This document shows positions 17,438 through 27,752 of a DNA stretch of 64,000 bases, piece by piece. The DNA comes from a virus: IMG/VR virus record IMGVR_UViG_3300027763_000001, positions 1 to 64,000 of that record. One strand, written 5' to 3'. The notes beneath the pieces are model-generated. The model worked only from the letters and a program-made list of their open reading frames with translations, searched no databases and was not told where the DNA came from. How positions within the stretch are numbered: position 1 is the first letter of the stretch; each line of letters starts with the position of its first letter. Made by a program: the position numbers and the translations under genes.

Positions 17438-18781
17438 TCACTGGGACCAACGCTTGGCCAGCCGCCGCCGAAGCGGGTCGAAGTTCTGGTAGGGCGTCAT
17501 GCTGCCACTACCGGCCGGCGCTGGCGCCAGGAAATCGACTGAAGCGATTGTGCCGTCCTGACTGAGGACTCGGCCGGTGCCGCCCTGCCTGCCGATGACC
17601 GCTCCCTCGGGCACCTCTTGGCCCTTGGTCACGTTGATCGAATCAAGGTGGCCGTAGAGCACGTCGACTTTCTGGCCGGTGGCCGGATCGATCGATTCCT
17701 TGACCACGTAATTGCCGTAGCCCTTGCCTGTCGCCCCCCGGCCCGAGCCCTGGTAGCCGATGTCCTTGATCCGTCCGGGCAGCAGGGACCGGAACTGCTT
17801 GTCCTCAAAGTAGAGATCAATCCCCGGCTGCCCTTGGTCAAAGGAGGTCGAGACAGAGCGCTTGAATGGCACCGGTTTGGCGCCACTGGCGCCCGGTCCC
17901 GGGCCGGCGCCGCCAGCGGGCTGTCTTGGCGGGCCCTGGGCGGGCGCCTCCATGGGGGCAGCAATCGCCTGCGGCGGGACACTGGCCGGGGGCTCACCGT
18001 TAACCATTTGAGCCAAGGTTCCAGCCATTCGCTGCCGGCCTTGGGCGCCCCTGGCCGCCAGGTATTGCAGCCCGGCATTGCCAGCCCCGGCCACTCCGCC
18101 GGCGGCGATCGCGCTGCCGATCGTGGCAAGTGCCAACGTCTCTGGTGTTTGCCCCTGTCCGGGCATTGGCATTGCGGTTGATCGGTTTAGCCCTCCGTAA
18201 GGATTCGGCACATCCAGGGACAACTCTCCGGGGGGAACTCCCCCGCCTGCTGCGGGCCTTTGAAAGCTGGCCCCCGGATTTGGGGGCGCCCCCTTCGCGG
18301 CGGCGGTGAACTTTGCCAGCAGGTCGGCAGCCTTTTTGACTGGCTGACCATAGGCACTTTTGCCTGCCAGCGTCGGCAGCGAAGCCCACTCCGGCGCCAG
18401 CTTGGCCAGCGTGCCAGCGTCTACCTTGCCGGCCATCACGTCGTCGAGGTTCACTCCGCGGCGTTCGATCAGCCGCATGGCCGCAGCATCTTGGCTGGCC
18501 GGACTGAAGTCCGTGAGCCCTAACTGCCCGGCGACCTCGTCCCAAGTAGTCGAAAGGAACTGGTAGCGGCCCGAGGCATCAGAAGCCCACTGGCTGTTTA
18601 CGCCACCTTTGCCCCGGCCCAGCACCTGGCGGGGGTGCTTCCACCCCCGGCTGGTGTCAAAGCGACCGCCGCCGAACTGGACGTCGTAGTCGGCGCCCTC
18701 CGCTGAAGCGATGGTGTCCAGCAGCGCGCGACCGAAGGGGTTCTGGGCCGCGGCCCGGTAATCCTGCAGTGTCCTGGCCAC
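17438..18781 (-). CDS. Lambda-type (GH104-like) lysozyme fused to an M23-like domain
   Basis: LDTIASAEG, ASGRYQF..TTW, DFSPASQD, EWASLP; C-terminal GYGNYV...YGHL...KGQ.V..G..IG..GGTG. Confidence 0.85.
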   Translation of the reverse strand: MARTLQDYRAAAQNPFGRALLDTIASAEGADYDVQFGGGRFDTSRGWKHPRQVLGRGKGGVNSQWASDASGRYQFLSTTWDEVAGQLGLTDFSPASQDAAAMRLIERRGVNLDDVMAGKVDAGTLAKLAPEWASLPTLAGKSAYGQPVKKAADLLAKFTAAAKGAPPNPGASFQRPAAGGGVPPGELSLDVPNPYGGLNRSTAMPMPGQGQTPETLALATIGSAIAAGGVAGAGNAGLQYLAARGAQGRQRMAGTLAQMVNGEPPASVPPQAIAAPMEAPAQGPPRQPAGGAGPGPGASGAKPVPFKRSVSTSFDQGQPGIDLYFEDKQFRSLLPGRIKDIGYQGSGRGATGKGYGNYVVKESIDPATGQKVDVLYGHLDSINVTKGQEVPEGAVIGRQGGTGRVLSQDGTIASVDFLAPAPAGSGSMTPYQNFDPLRRRLAKRWSQ

Positions 18782-18895
18782 GGTGCCTCCAGCTTCGAGG
18801 CTTCAGTCTACGGAGGCTCGCCTTGTGTCTTACGCGGGACAGACGAGAGATAACGCAAGGTGACCTAGGATGGTGCATGCCAGGTCTACCTGTCC

Positions 18896-19150
18896 ATGCC
18901 GCCACTGCCTAGCGATCCTTCTTCTCAGCTCGGCCCCCCGGGCAAAACCTCTGAGATTGACTGGATCTCAACCAAGGAGATGTGCCTCGATCTTGACATC
19001 TGCCGTTCAACTCTTTACCGAGTTCGCACTGATGACGAGCGGATGAAGCAAGGATCTCATTACATCCGCAAGAACCCCACGTCGGTTCGCTGCGGCCACC
19101 TGCTTTGGAACCCCGAGAAGGTTCGGGAGATCTTTGGGCGCCAAGGCTAA
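18896..19150 (+). CDS. Excisionase/AlpA-like HTH DNA-binding protein
   Basis: [18 protein letters not shown]...G.HY...W. Confidence 0.7.
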   Translation: MPPLPSDPSSQLGPPGKTSEIDWISTKEMCLDLDICRSTLYRVRTDDERMKQGSHYIRKNPTSVRCGHLLWNPEKVREIFGRQG

Positions 19151-19443
19151 TGAACACGCCGGTTGATCCCACTCAGTCACCGGAGCTACATCTCACGCCC
19201 AGCGGCGAGAAGGACAAGGTGGCCTATTGGCGGCGGCAGAACGAGCTCGACCAGTTTCATCGAACCTTCAAGCCGCCCACCCACGAGGAGAGGTTGGCCA
19301 TGGCCCAAGGCAAGCCGATGCCGGCCCGCTCTCGCGTCCAGGCTCTTTCTGATGACGCCGCCAACCAATGGAGCGTCGAAGAAATTTACGGCATCGAGCC
19401 GCCTGAGGGTGGCGACACCGAAACCGCATTCCCTTTAACCTGA
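19150..19443 (+). CDS. Hypothetical protein
   Basis: TAATG coupling to the HTH gene. Confidence 0.55.
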   Translation: MNTPVDPTQSPELHLTPSGEKDKVAYWRRQNELDQFHRTFKPPTHEERLAMAQGKPMPARSRVQALSDDAANQWSVEEIYGIEPPEGGDTETAFPLT

Positions 19444-19463
19444 GCTGCCCCGCCCCCGCTCCC

Positions 19464-22400
19464 TTGGCCTTCGTTCCGCTTCACAACCACAGCGACTACA
19501 GCATGCTGGACGGCGCCAGCCAGCTGCCGCAGATGGTGGAGCGGGCCGTGGAGCTGGGGATGCCAGCCCTGGCCCTCACCGATCACGGCGTGATGTACGG
19601 CGCCATTGAGCTGCTCAAGCTTTGCGGCAAGGCCGGCATCAAGCCGATTATCGGCAACGAGATGTATGTGATCAACGGCTCGATCGAGGATCCGCAGCCC
19701 AAGAAAGAGCGCCGCTACCACCTGGTGGTGCTGGCCAAAAACGCAGTCGGCTACCGCAACTTGGTGAAGCTCACCAGCATCAGCCACCTGCGCGGCATGC
19801 GGGGCCGGGGCATCTTCTCTCGCGCCTGCATCGACAAGAGGCTGCTGCGCCAGTACAGCGAAGGCCTGATCATCGCCACCGCCTGCCTTGGCGGTGAGAT
19901 TTCCCAAGCGATCCTCAAGGGGCGCCCCGACGTGGCCCGCTCCGTGGCGGCCTGGTACCAGGAGGTGTTTGCAGGCGACTTTTATCTGGAGATCCAGGAC
20001 CACGGCGGCACCGAAGACCGCATCGTGAACGTGGAGATGGCCCGCATCGGCGCTGAGCTGGGGATCGAGCTGATCGCCACCAATGATGCCCACTACCTTG
20101 GCGCGGGCGATGTGGAAGCCCACGACGCTTTGCTCTGCATCCTCACGGGCAAGTTGATCAGCGACGAGAAGCGCCTGCGCTACACCGGCACCGAGTACAT
20201 CAAGAGCGAAGCAGAGATGCTTACTCTTTTTGCTGACCACCTGGAACCGGAGACGGTGGCCGAAGCGGTGGCCAACAGCGCTCGGGTGGCTCAGAAGGTA
20301 GAGGATTACGGCATCTTGGGCCGCCCCCAGATGCCCCGCTTCCCGATCCCGGAGGGGCACACGACCGCGACCTACCTTGCCGAGCTGGCCGAAGCCGGGC
20401 TGCGGCAGCGCCTGGGCCTGGTGGCCGGCGAGCCCTTTGATCCGGCCTACGGCGAGCGGTTGGAGTTCGAGCTGCAGGTGATGGACCGGATGGGGTTCTC
20501 TGCCTACTTCCTGGTGGTGTGGGACTACATCCGCTTTGCCCGCGACAGCAATATCCCGGTGGGCCCGGGCCGGGGTTCGGCGGCCGGCTCGGTGGCGGCC
20601 TGGGCCCTGGGGATTACCAATATCGATCCGGTGGAGCACGGCCTGCTGTTCGAGCGTTTCTTGAATCCAGAACGCAAATCGATGCCTGACGTCGACACCG
20701 ACTTCTGTATCGAGCGCCGCGGCGAAGTGATCGACTACGTGACCCAGCGCTACGGCAAGGACAAGGTCGCCCAGATCATCACCTTCAACCGCATGGCCTC
20801 CAAGGCGGTGCTCAAGGATGTGGCCCGAGTCCTCGACATCCCCTACGGCGAAGCCGATCGACTGGCCAAGCTGATTCCCGTGGCCCGGGGCAAGCCCGCC
20901 AAGCTCAAGGAGATGATCGGCGCCGAATCTCCCAGTCCAGAGTTTCGCGAGAAATATCAAAGCGATCAGAATGTGAAGCACTGGGTGGACCTGGCGATAC
21001 GCCTCGAGGGGACCAACAAAACCTTCGGGGTCCATGCCGCCGGGGTGGTGATCGCCGCTGATCCTCTCGACGAGCTGGTGCCGCTGCAGCTCAATAACGA
21101 CGGCCAGGTGATCACCCAATACTTCATGGAGGACGTGGAGGCGATGGGGCTGCTGAAGATGGACTTCCTCGGCCTCAAGAACCTCACGATGATCCAGAAG
21201 ACCGTCGACCTGGTGGAGCGGAGGAGCGGTGTGCGGGTGGATCCCGATGCCCTGCCTGCCGGCGATGAGGACACCTACGCCTTGTTGGCCCGCGGCGATT
21301 TGGAGGGCATCTTCCAGTTGGAATCCAGCGGCATGCGTCAGATCGTGCGCGACCTCAAGCCTTCGTCCTTGGAGGACATCTCGTCGATCCTGGCCCTCTA
21401 CCGGCCCGGCCCGCTCGATGCCGGGCTGATTCCTAAGTTCATCAACCGCAAGCACGGCCGAGAGCAAGTCGATGTGCCTCACCCCAAGCTTGAGCCGATT
21501 CTGAGCCAGACCTACGGAATCATGGTCTACCAGGAGCAGATCATGAAGATCGCTCAAGACTTGGCCGGCTATTCGCTAGGTGAGGCTGACCTGCTGCGGC
21601 GAGCGATGGGCAAGAAGAAAAAAAGCGAGATGGAAGAGCACCAGAGCCGTTTCGTGGAAGGGGCCACTAAACGAGGCGTGGATGCCCAGGTGGCTGAGGA
21701 CCTGTTTGAGCAGATGGTGCTCTTCGCTGAGTATTGCTTCAACAAGAGCCATTCCACCGCCTACGGGGCTATCACCTACCAGACGGCCTATCTCAAGGCC
21801 CACTATCCGGTGGACTACATGGCCGCATTGCTCACGGTGAATGCAGGTGCTAGCGACAAGGTGCAGCGCTATATCTCCAACTGCAACGCGATGGACATCG
21901 AGGTCATGCCCCCCAGCGTGAACGCTTCCGGCGTCGACTTCACCCCTGTCGATGGACGGATCCTGTTCGGTCTTTCAGCGGTGCGCAACCTCGGCGAGGG
22001 GGCGATTTGCTCGCTGATTGACGTTCGTGATGGCGGCGGCCCGTTTCAGTTCCTGGCGGATCTCTGCGACCGCCTCAGCGGCTACCAGGTCAACCGCCGT
22101 GCCATTGAGTCGCTGATCCACTGCGGCGCCCTTGACGCGCTTGAGCCCGGGGCTAACAGGGCCCAGCTGATGGCGGACCTTGATCCAACCCTTGACTGGG
22201 CATCCTCTCGAGCCAGGGACCGGGCCAGCGGCCAGGGCAACCTTTTCGACCTGTTCGGGGGTTCCGTGCTTGGAAGCGCTTCGCCCGATTTGTTCACCGC
22301 CCCGAAGGCGGCCCCGGTGGCCGACTATCCGCCGCAGGAGAAGCTCAAGCTGGAGAAGGAACTCCTTGGCTTCTACATCTCTGACCACCCCTTGCGCCAG

Positions 22401-23006
22401 ATTGGCGCCCAAGCGAAGCTCCTGGGCCCGACCGACTTGAGCGGCCTGGAGGAGCTGGCCGACAAGGCCAAGGTAAGCGTGGTGGCGATAGTGACCGAGC
22501 TGCGCCAGGTGACCACCCGCAAGGGCGATCGCATGGCGGTGCTGCGGCTGGAGGATCTCACCGGCAGCTGCGAGGCGGTGGTGTTCCCTAAGTCGTTTGC
22601 CCGCTTGGCGGATCACTTGATACTGGACGCCCGCCTGCTGGTGTGGGCGGGAGCGGACCACCGCGACGAACGGGTGCAGCTGATTGTGGACGATTGTTGC
22701 AGCATTGATGATCTGCACCTGCTGGTGGTGGATCTGCCGGTGAACCAGGCCGGCGACACTGCCGTCCAGCACCGGCTGCGGGATTGTCTGCAGCGTCACA
22801 GGCCTGACGCAATGAAACGGGAGACGGCAGAAGCGCTGGTGCCAGTGGTGGCCCGGGTCCTGGACGGCGAGCGCGGTCGCTGCGTGCAGCTCGGGGCCCA
22901 GTTCTGCGTGGCGGACGGCGGATCGACCGCCCGGGCCCTATGCGCTGCTGGGCTTCAGGCCTCCCTCGTGCCCCTGCTTGATTCGCCCGAGGTCAGCAAG
23001 GGGTAG
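19464..23006 (+). CDS. dnaE: DNA polymerase III alpha subunit, unsplit picocyanobacterial type
   Basis: PHP domain [11 protein letters not shown] and [26 protein letters not shown], continuous [11 protein letters not shown]-fold region. Confidence 0.97.
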   Translation: MAFVPLHNHSDYSMLDGASQLPQMVERAVELGMPALALTDHGVMYGAIELLKLCGKAGIKPIIGNEMYVINGSIEDPQPKKERRYHLVVLAKNAVGYRNLVKLTSISHLRGMRGRGIFSRACIDKRLLRQYSEGLIIATACLGGEISQAILKGRPDVARSVAAWYQEVFAGDFYLEIQDHGGTEDRIVNVEMARIGAELGIELIATNDAHYLGAGDVEAHDALLCILTGKLISDEKRLRYTGTEYIKSEAEMLTLFADHLEPETVAEAVANSARVAQKVEDYGILGRPQMPRFPIPEGHTTATYLAELAEAGLRQRLGLVAGEPFDPAYGERLEFELQVMDRMGFSAYFLVVWDYIRFARDSNIPVGPGRGSAAGSVAAWALGITNIDPVEHGLLFERFLNPERKSMPDVDTDFCIERRGEVIDYVTQRYGKDKVAQIITFNRMASKAVLKDVARVLDIPYGEADRLAKLIPVARGKPAKLKEMIGAESPSPEFREKYQSDQNVKHWVDLAIRLEGTNKTFGVHAAGVVIAADPLDELVPLQLNNDGQVITQYFMEDVEAMGLLKMDFLGLKNLTMIQKTVDLVERRSGVRVDPDALPAGDEDTYALLARGDLEGIFQLESSGMRQIVRDLKPSSLEDISSILALYRPGPLDAGLIPKFINRKHGREQVDVPHPKLEPILSQTYGIMVYQEQIMKIAQDLAGYSLGEADLLRRAMGKKKKSEMEEHQSRFVEGATKRGVDAQVAEDLFEQMVLFAEYCFNKSHSTAYGAITYQTAYLKAHYPVDYMAALLTVNAGASDKVQRYISNCNAMDIEVMPPSVNASGVDFTPVDGRILFGLSAVRNLGEGAICSLIDVRDGGGPFQFLADLCDRLSGYQVNRRAIESLIHCGALDALEPGANRAQLMADLDPTLDWASSRARDRASGQGNLFDLFGGSVLGSASPDLFTAPKAAPVADYPPQEKLKLEKELLGFYISDHPLRQIGAQAKLLGPTDLSGLEELADKAKVSVVAIVTELRQVTTRKGDRMAVLRLEDLTGSCEAVVFPKSFARLADHLILDARLLVWAGADHRDERVQLIVDDCCSIDDLHLLVVDLPVNQAGDTAVQHRLRDCLQRHRPDAMKRETAEALVPVVARVLDGERGRCVQLGAQFCVADGGSTARALCAAGLQASLVPLLDSPEVSKG

Positions 23007-23057
23007 CGGCGGGCTTGCCCCTGCGGCCGCGTCGGCTGCTCTCCGGTGCCAGGCGGC

Positions 23058-23645
23058 TCAACTCCGCCGCATCTTGAACGCATCCATCGCCGGAGACGGC
23101 TCATTCGCCTTGGCGTCCATCCGGTTCAGCAAGTGCTGCAGGATCGCCCCGCCGCTGCCCAGCCCGGCTCCGCCCAAGAGTGCTGGCAGGGGACTGGTAC
23201 CGGCCTCGCCGGAGTTGACCGCTTCGCCGACAGCGACAGGGTCGACTCCGTTGGCCTGAGCCTCGGCCTCGAACCCGCTCATTTTCATGCCGATTGCAAT
23301 CGCCCGCTGAGCGATTTGCGGGGCGCCGGCAGCTAGCGCCCCAGCGTCCTTGACCAGGCGCCTGAGTTCGTTAGGGGCCCCGGGCATGGTGGCCAGCACT
23401 TGATCGGGGGGAGCGCCGGCCAAGGTAGCCATGACCAGCTCACGCTCTCCGGAGTTGGTGGTGCGCCCCACCGTGCCCATCACGGCCTGGGCCACCTGCG
23501 GCGGCATGGCTGCCAGTTCGCTGCGAATGGACTTGAGGGTCTCGCCCGTGTAGTCAATTTCGTCGTGAGCCATGCGATCGAGCCCCGCCGCCCCGGCGAG
23601 CCCCGCTACCCCGCCCATCGCGGCCGTCTTTAAGGCGGGGAACAT
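23058..23645 (-). CDS. Gly/Ala-rich hypothetical protein, possibly virion internal
   Basis: Glycine-zipper-like segments at both ends; TAGACT 23 nt upstream. Confidence 0.6.
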   Translation of the reverse strand: MFPALKTAAMGGVAGLAGAAGLDRMAHDEIDYTGETLKSIRSELAAMPPQVAQAVMGTVGRTTNSGERELVMATLAGAPPDQVLATMPGAPNELRRLVKDAGALAAGAPQIAQRAIAIGMKMSGFEAEAQANGVDPVAVGEAVNSGEAGTSPLPALLGGAGLGSGGAILQHLLNRMDAKANEPSPAMDAFKMRRS

Positions 23646-23671
23646 GGCGTGATCACGGTCGTCTCACGAGT

Positions 23672-23905
23672 CTACCGGGAAGGTTCCCCCGCCCCCGGCC
23701 GCGGGTCCAGGGCGACATCCATGCCCTTCTCGACGATCTCGCGCAGCTCCTCGGTGCTCGGGTAGTGGCGCAACATTGTGCGGGCCGCGATCCTCAGCTC
23801 CATCGACAGGTTGCGCGACTCGGCCGGATCGGTCAGCCGCTGCAGGAAGGCCCTCGATGCCACCACCATGGCGGCCGATGCCAAGCGCCGTTTTCCGTTG
23901 TCCAT
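23672..23905 (-). CDS. BPSL0761-like small protein
   Basis: R.FL..L.DP......E.R..AR..LRHYP pattern; start MDNGKRR. Confidence 0.55.
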   Translation of the reverse strand: MDNGKRRLASAAMVVASRAFLQRLTDPAESRNLSMELRIAARTMLRHYPSTEELREIVEKGMDVALDPRPGAGEPSR

Positions 23906-23934
23906 TGACACAAGGTTGACACACCTTGCATAAT
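23905..23934 (+). promoter_or_regulatory. TTGACACA x2 at 11-bp spacing and putative promoter
   Basis: TTGACACA at 23905 and 23916; CATAAT at 23929. Confidence 0.55.
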
Positions 23935-23956
23935 ACTGGGACTGGCTTGCGACACC

Positions 23957-24532
23957 TTGAGCTACTCGAACGATCGAATTACGCGGCCGTGGCTGGGCAC
24001 CGCCCAAGCTTTACGCCACGTCGAGCGGATTCACCAAGAGGAAGAGGCCGCGCTCAGCGGGCAGCCTGCTTCGCCCGCCGAGGACGACCTCAAGCCCACC
24101 AACCCCAAGACAGCGATCGGAGACAGGAAAGTCCCGCTCGCGCTGTGCTCCCCGATCGCAGCAGCTCACTGGGTCCTCGCTCAGTTTGCTGGCATGTGCA
24201 AGTACCAAGCCTGGAACTGGCGAATTGCTGGGGTGCGAAGCAGCACTTATCTTTCGGCGATCAAACGCCACCTCGACGCTTACATCTCAGGCGAAGAGCT
24301 TGACCCCGTTGACGGCTCTCACCACCTCGGCAACATTATGGCCTGCTGCGCGATCTTGCTCGACGCGCAAGCGGCCGGCAAGCTCAACGACGACCGCCCA
24401 CCAAGCGTCGACTGCCGCGGCACGTACGAGTTTGTCGAGAAGCAGATGGTCGCGCTTCGCGAGAAGTATAAGCACATCGAGCAGAAACCATACACGATCG
24501 AAGACACGATCAAGCCCGATGCAACAACCTGA
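23957..24532 (+). CDS. dATP/dGTP diphosphohydrolase domain protein (DUF5664)
   Basis: TNPKTAIG..KVPL...G..KY..WNWR..GV..S.Y..A..RHL....GEELDP..G.HHL...MAC.AILLDA...G.L.DDRP. Confidence 0.85.
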   Translation: MSYSNDRITRPWLGTAQALRHVERIHQEEEAALSGQPASPAEDDLKPTNPKTAIGDRKVPLALCSPIAAAHWVLAQFAGMCKYQAWNWRIAGVRSSTYLSAIKRHLDAYISGEELDPVDGSHHLGNIMACCAILLDAQAAGKLNDDRPPSVDCRGTYEFVEKQMVALREKYKHIEQKPYTIEDTIKPDATT

Positions 24533-24533
24533 C

Positions 24534-24773
24534 ATGCAGCTCAACAGCGAACTGATTGGGGATCTCAAAATCGCCCAAGACTTAATCGGTTCTCCCGAGA
24601 CTGGAGAAGCCGAGCGCGCTGAGATGCTCAAAGCTCTCTGCGCTTTTCACGAAGAGCGCCTCAACTGGCGTTTGCAGCGGGTCCTCGAGGGACACTCCTT
24701 CAGGCGCTTCCTTCAGCAGCCGCGCCTCGCCCGCCCCCCGGTCAGTGGCTGCAAGCCCAAGGGGTTTGGCTGA
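24534..24773 (+). CDS. Small helical hypothetical protein
   Basis: ATG 1 nt after the upstream stop; ends KGFG. Confidence 0.55.
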   Translation: MQLNSELIGDLKIAQDLIGSPETGEAERAEMLKALCAFHEERLNWRLQRVLEGHSFRRFLQQPRLARPPVSGCKPKGFG

Positions 24774-24788
24774 TGCCTGCCGCGAGCC

Positions 24789-25559
24789 TCAGGGAACGGG
24801 AAGCTCGGTCGCAGGCACGCTAAACGAAGCCGTGTACCTGCAGGCTGCAGTAAACCTGACGCAGTCGAGGTATCCTCTCCAGTAATTGCTGTTGCCAGCG
24901 TACCCTGCGCCGATAGTGTTGATAAAAAAAGCAGACGTGTAATTACTATTGGTCCCAACAAGCAGTCCGTTTAGGAAAAGCCGCAACACTGGCCCATCTC
25001 TGGTTAGTGCGATATGATTGAATACGCCAGAAGTCAATGCGGGGCTTGGTACTACCTTGTCGAAGGCATAGCTATTGGCGTAAACGGTGATACCACCAGA
25101 GGATTGTGAATCTTCGTTGAGCCTAAACATTTGCTGGTTTCCGCCAGCACCCAAAGTGGAGCCCAGCATGCACCTATCCTGCTGTGCGTTCACCGCGTTC
25201 CACCACAGCTCTGCCGTGAAATCCTCTGCAAATGCTTCTCCGCTCCACCGCAGGGCGTCACCGCTGCCGTCGAACAAAGCGCTAGACCCGCCAAACCGAC
25301 TGGCGGCGGTGCTGAGTTGAGCGTTGCCAAGTACGGTTACCGCCTTAGCGTTGGGGCCGCTGTCGATAAACGCGGTGCTCCTGTTGTCTCCGTTCATCAG
25401 AAACAGCGCCGTGACATCGCCCAAGAATGGGTCGTCTGCGAACGGCCAAGCTCCTACCCTTCTCGCCATCGACTGCTCGTTTGGCAACCACAGCCCCGGC
25501 GCTGCGCCTGCTGTCGGCGCTCTCGGTACCCCGATCAAGCCGCCATTAAAACCCAGCAT
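24789..25559 (-). CDS. LamG/concanavalin A-like domain virion protein
   Basis: FGGSSALFDGSGD, DFTAELW, NHIALTR, GYLDCVRFT...RYTASF. Confidence 0.85.
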   Translation of the reverse strand: MLGFNGGLIGVPRAPTAGAAPGLWLPNEQSMARRVGAWPFADDPFLGDVTALFLMNGDNRSTAFIDSGPNAKAVTVLGNAQLSTAASRFGGSSALFDGSGDALRWSGEAFAEDFTAELWWNAVNAQQDRCMLGSTLGAGGNQQMFRLNEDSQSSGGITVYANSYAFDKVVPSPALTSGVFNHIALTRDGPVLRLFLNGLLVGTNSNYTSAFFINTIGAGYAGNSNYWRGYLDCVRFTAACRYTASFSVPATELPVP

Positions 25560-25918
25560 CAGCTGATGTCCTCGTAGCTGATCGTTAGCTCCAGATCGCC
25601 AGCCACGTCCGCCTTGGCCCTGAGGCTGTCGCCTTCCTTCAGGTAGATGTAAGCCTCACGGGCCACCAGGACCTGCGTCGCGCCGGCGGGCACCGAGATC
25701 AATTTGGCCAGGTGGGTGTCCACCCCTGAACGCCGCCACACCAGGTCAATCTTCGCGATCAGGCTGCCGTCGACATTGGCGCAGTAGACCGCATTGATCT
25801 TGAACACCTTGCCACTGGCCGCCGCGTTGGTCAGCGCATCCGCCAGGGTCGTTGTCACCGCGTAGCCAATCGTCTCGCCGGTGACGAGGCTTGGCTCCCT
25901 GAGATTCGGTGCGGCCAT
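25559..25918 (-). CDS. Small virion structural protein
   Basis: MAAPN...NAAASGKVFKIN...ANVDG...IYL.EGDSL...ISYEDIS, a common cyanophage structural pattern. Confidence 0.7.
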   Translation of the reverse strand: MAAPNLREPSLVTGETIGYAVTTTLADALTNAAASGKVFKINAVYCANVDGSLIAKIDLVWRRSGVDTHLAKLISVPAGATQVLVAREAYIYLKEGDSLRAKADVAGDLELTISYEDIS

Positions 25919-25924
25919 AAACCC

Positions 25925-27748
25925 TTAGCTTCCCCACCACTCTATGAGGCCCAGCTCTTCGGTTCCATAGCGCTGCACGACCCAGCTGGCGAAGTAATCG
26001 CGTGGCGGCCCGGACTTGAGCGTCGCCTGCAGCCCGCCTGCACCCCTTTGCGCCGTCTCCAGGCCGTGGGTGGCCACTGCGCTCAAGGTACCAAGCTCGA
26101 GCGCCCCCTGGCCTCGCAAGGCGCCGCTGAGGTCGGCTACCGGTGCAGCAAACAGTACCAGGGGCCCCAGTGAGCCCCGACCAACTAGGGCCGACTGCAA
26201 ATTCATGGTCATCACCAGGCGGGAGCCACCCAGGCCACCGCGGCCTGCCAGGGTGCCGCGGGAGCGGCGTTTGGTCTTGGGCCTGGCGACTCCCAATGCC
26301 CCTGCCCCCAGCAGCCGAATCTCCAGGCGCGCCACACGCCGCCCAGGGAGCACCGGTCCGTCGGGCCCGACGCCCAGCACCGGCACCAGCTGCAAGATGT
26401 CGACTCCATCGAGCTGTTGCACAAAGCCGCCCGAGGGCGGATCGAACAACCACACTTCCGTGGTCCCTCTGGGGCTCCACCAGTCGTTTTGCCGACACCA
26501 GGAGTAGGGCGGCTCGGCCGGATCAGTCCACAGAATCGGCTGATTGACGGGCCGGAAGGTGGGGGCCCCGCCCCGCAGCTCTCCAGTGGGGTCCAGCTCA
26601 AGGCCGATCGACGGGGCCACCGCCAGCAGCAGTCGATCGAAGGTGATCAGCTGCTGGCCCAGGGCCCGCCCCAGCTCCTTGAATGTGTAGTCTCGATCCA
26701 GCAGGGAGCGCTCGTCCACCCACTGCCTGCCCTCCATCGAGGGGTAATCGCTGGGCTCGTAGAACGGCACGCCTGCTTGCCAACGCATGGCGTGGATGTG
26801 CTTGCACTCCCGGCGCCGGTCCACCCGCCGGTCCAGGTCCCGCCATTTCTTGCTGTAGCCAATCGACTCCTGCTCCCAAGGGGTCTGCTCGCCGCGCCCA
26901 GCGGATGCGACCGGGAAGCGGTCTCGTACCGATCCGCCGGTGCTCATTAAATCGGCAATCTGACGGCCCTGGTAGTCCGGGCAGCTGCACTCGAAGCGGT
27001 GTGAACTGCACAAGTGCCGGGTTGCATCAGCCCGCCAGAAGACCGGCGCCTGCGGGCTATAGCCAATACGCCTCCAGTAGCTCCTGGGGCCAGACACCTG
27101 GCGAATAAAGGGTCTCGACAAATCGAAGATCAACTGGAACTTCGAGACATCCACCTCGATCAAGGTCAGCGCCACCGCGCCGACGGGGTCTTCGGCCAAG
27201 TCTTCCGGGTAGAGAGAGCCAGCAGCTGAATCCTCGAACTGATCGCCGACGAACGAGCGCCACGCCGCCAACTTGTCCCGGTCCAGGACGCCCTTGACGT
27301 CGTAAATCAGCCGGTGTTTGGAGGGGTCGACGTCGTCCCGGTCCAGAGTCAGGCTGCCAGGCTTGATCGATTGAGGCAGAATCAAGGCGCCCCGGGGGCG
27401 CTGGGTGACATGCCAGGCTGACTCGGCTGAGTTCAGGCTGGCAAACACCTGGGTGACCAGGGGAATGGGCCCGGTCCCGGGGCCGGTCTTCAGGCGGGCG
27501 TAGAAAGCCAGCTGTTGATCAAGCCAGCCTTTGCCGTCCCCGAAGAACATCTGCATCCCGGCTTGCCAGCGCCGGTAGTCGCTGCCTTTCTCGTAGCTCT
27601 CGATCAGGGTCGGAACCCGAATGCCGCCAGACTGGCCCGAGCCGGAGTACAGTCCCCGCGCCCGGCCGGCTACCGGCTTTGAGAAGTCATCGCCGCCCCG
27701 GGGGCGCGGGAACGCGAAACTGGCGCCGTACCCCTTGCCTCGGGCCAC
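25925..27748 (-). CDS. SWIM zinc-finger protein with C-terminal GRGxL repeats, probably structural
   Basis: FECSCPDY...ECKHIHAM; C-terminal LAGRGGL/LVGRGSL repeats. GTG start is inferred. Confidence 0.65.
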   Translation of the reverse strand: MARGKGYGASFAFPRPRGGDDFSKPVAGRARGLYSGSGQSGGIRVPTLIESYEKGSDYRRWQAGMQMFFGDGKGWLDQQLAFYARLKTGPGTGPIPLVTQVFASLNSAESAWHVTQRPRGALILPQSIKPGSLTLDRDDVDPSKHRLIYDVKGVLDRDKLAAWRSFVGDQFEDSAAGSLYPEDLAEDPVGAVALTLIEVDVSKFQLIFDLSRPFIRQVSGPRSYWRRIGYSPQAPVFWRADATRHLCSSHRFECSCPDYQGRQIADLMSTGGSVRDRFPVASAGRGEQTPWEQESIGYSKKWRDLDRRVDRRRECKHIHAMRWQAGVPFYEPSDYPSMEGRQWVDERSLLDRDYTFKELGRALGQQLITFDRLLLAVAPSIGLELDPTGELRGGAPTFRPVNQPILWTDPAEPPYSWCRQNDWWSPRGTTEVWLFDPPSGGFVQQLDGVDILQLVPVLGVGPDGPVLPGRRVARLEIRLLGAGALGVARPKTKRRSRGTLAGRGGLGGSRLVMTMNLQSALVGRGSLGPLVLFAAPVADLSGALRGQGALELGTLSAVATHGLETAQRGAGGLQATLKSGPPRDYFASWVVQRYGTEELGLIEWWGS

Positions 27749-27752
27749 CGAA

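Noticed and set aside
19386-21557. 723-aa minus-strand ORF
   Set aside because: Antisense shadow of dnaE.
21720-21760. Split DnaE intein site typical of many cyanobacteria
   Set aside because: AEYCFNKSH is continuous, with no intein.
18896-23006. Prophage boundary or host DNA at dnaE
   Set aside because: No integrase, tRNA or att site, and no other host housekeeping neighbours; phage genes flank both sides.
23957-24532. Z-genome (2-aminoadenine) pathway
   Set aside because: No PurZ or DatZ in the window; DUF5664 alone is insufficient.
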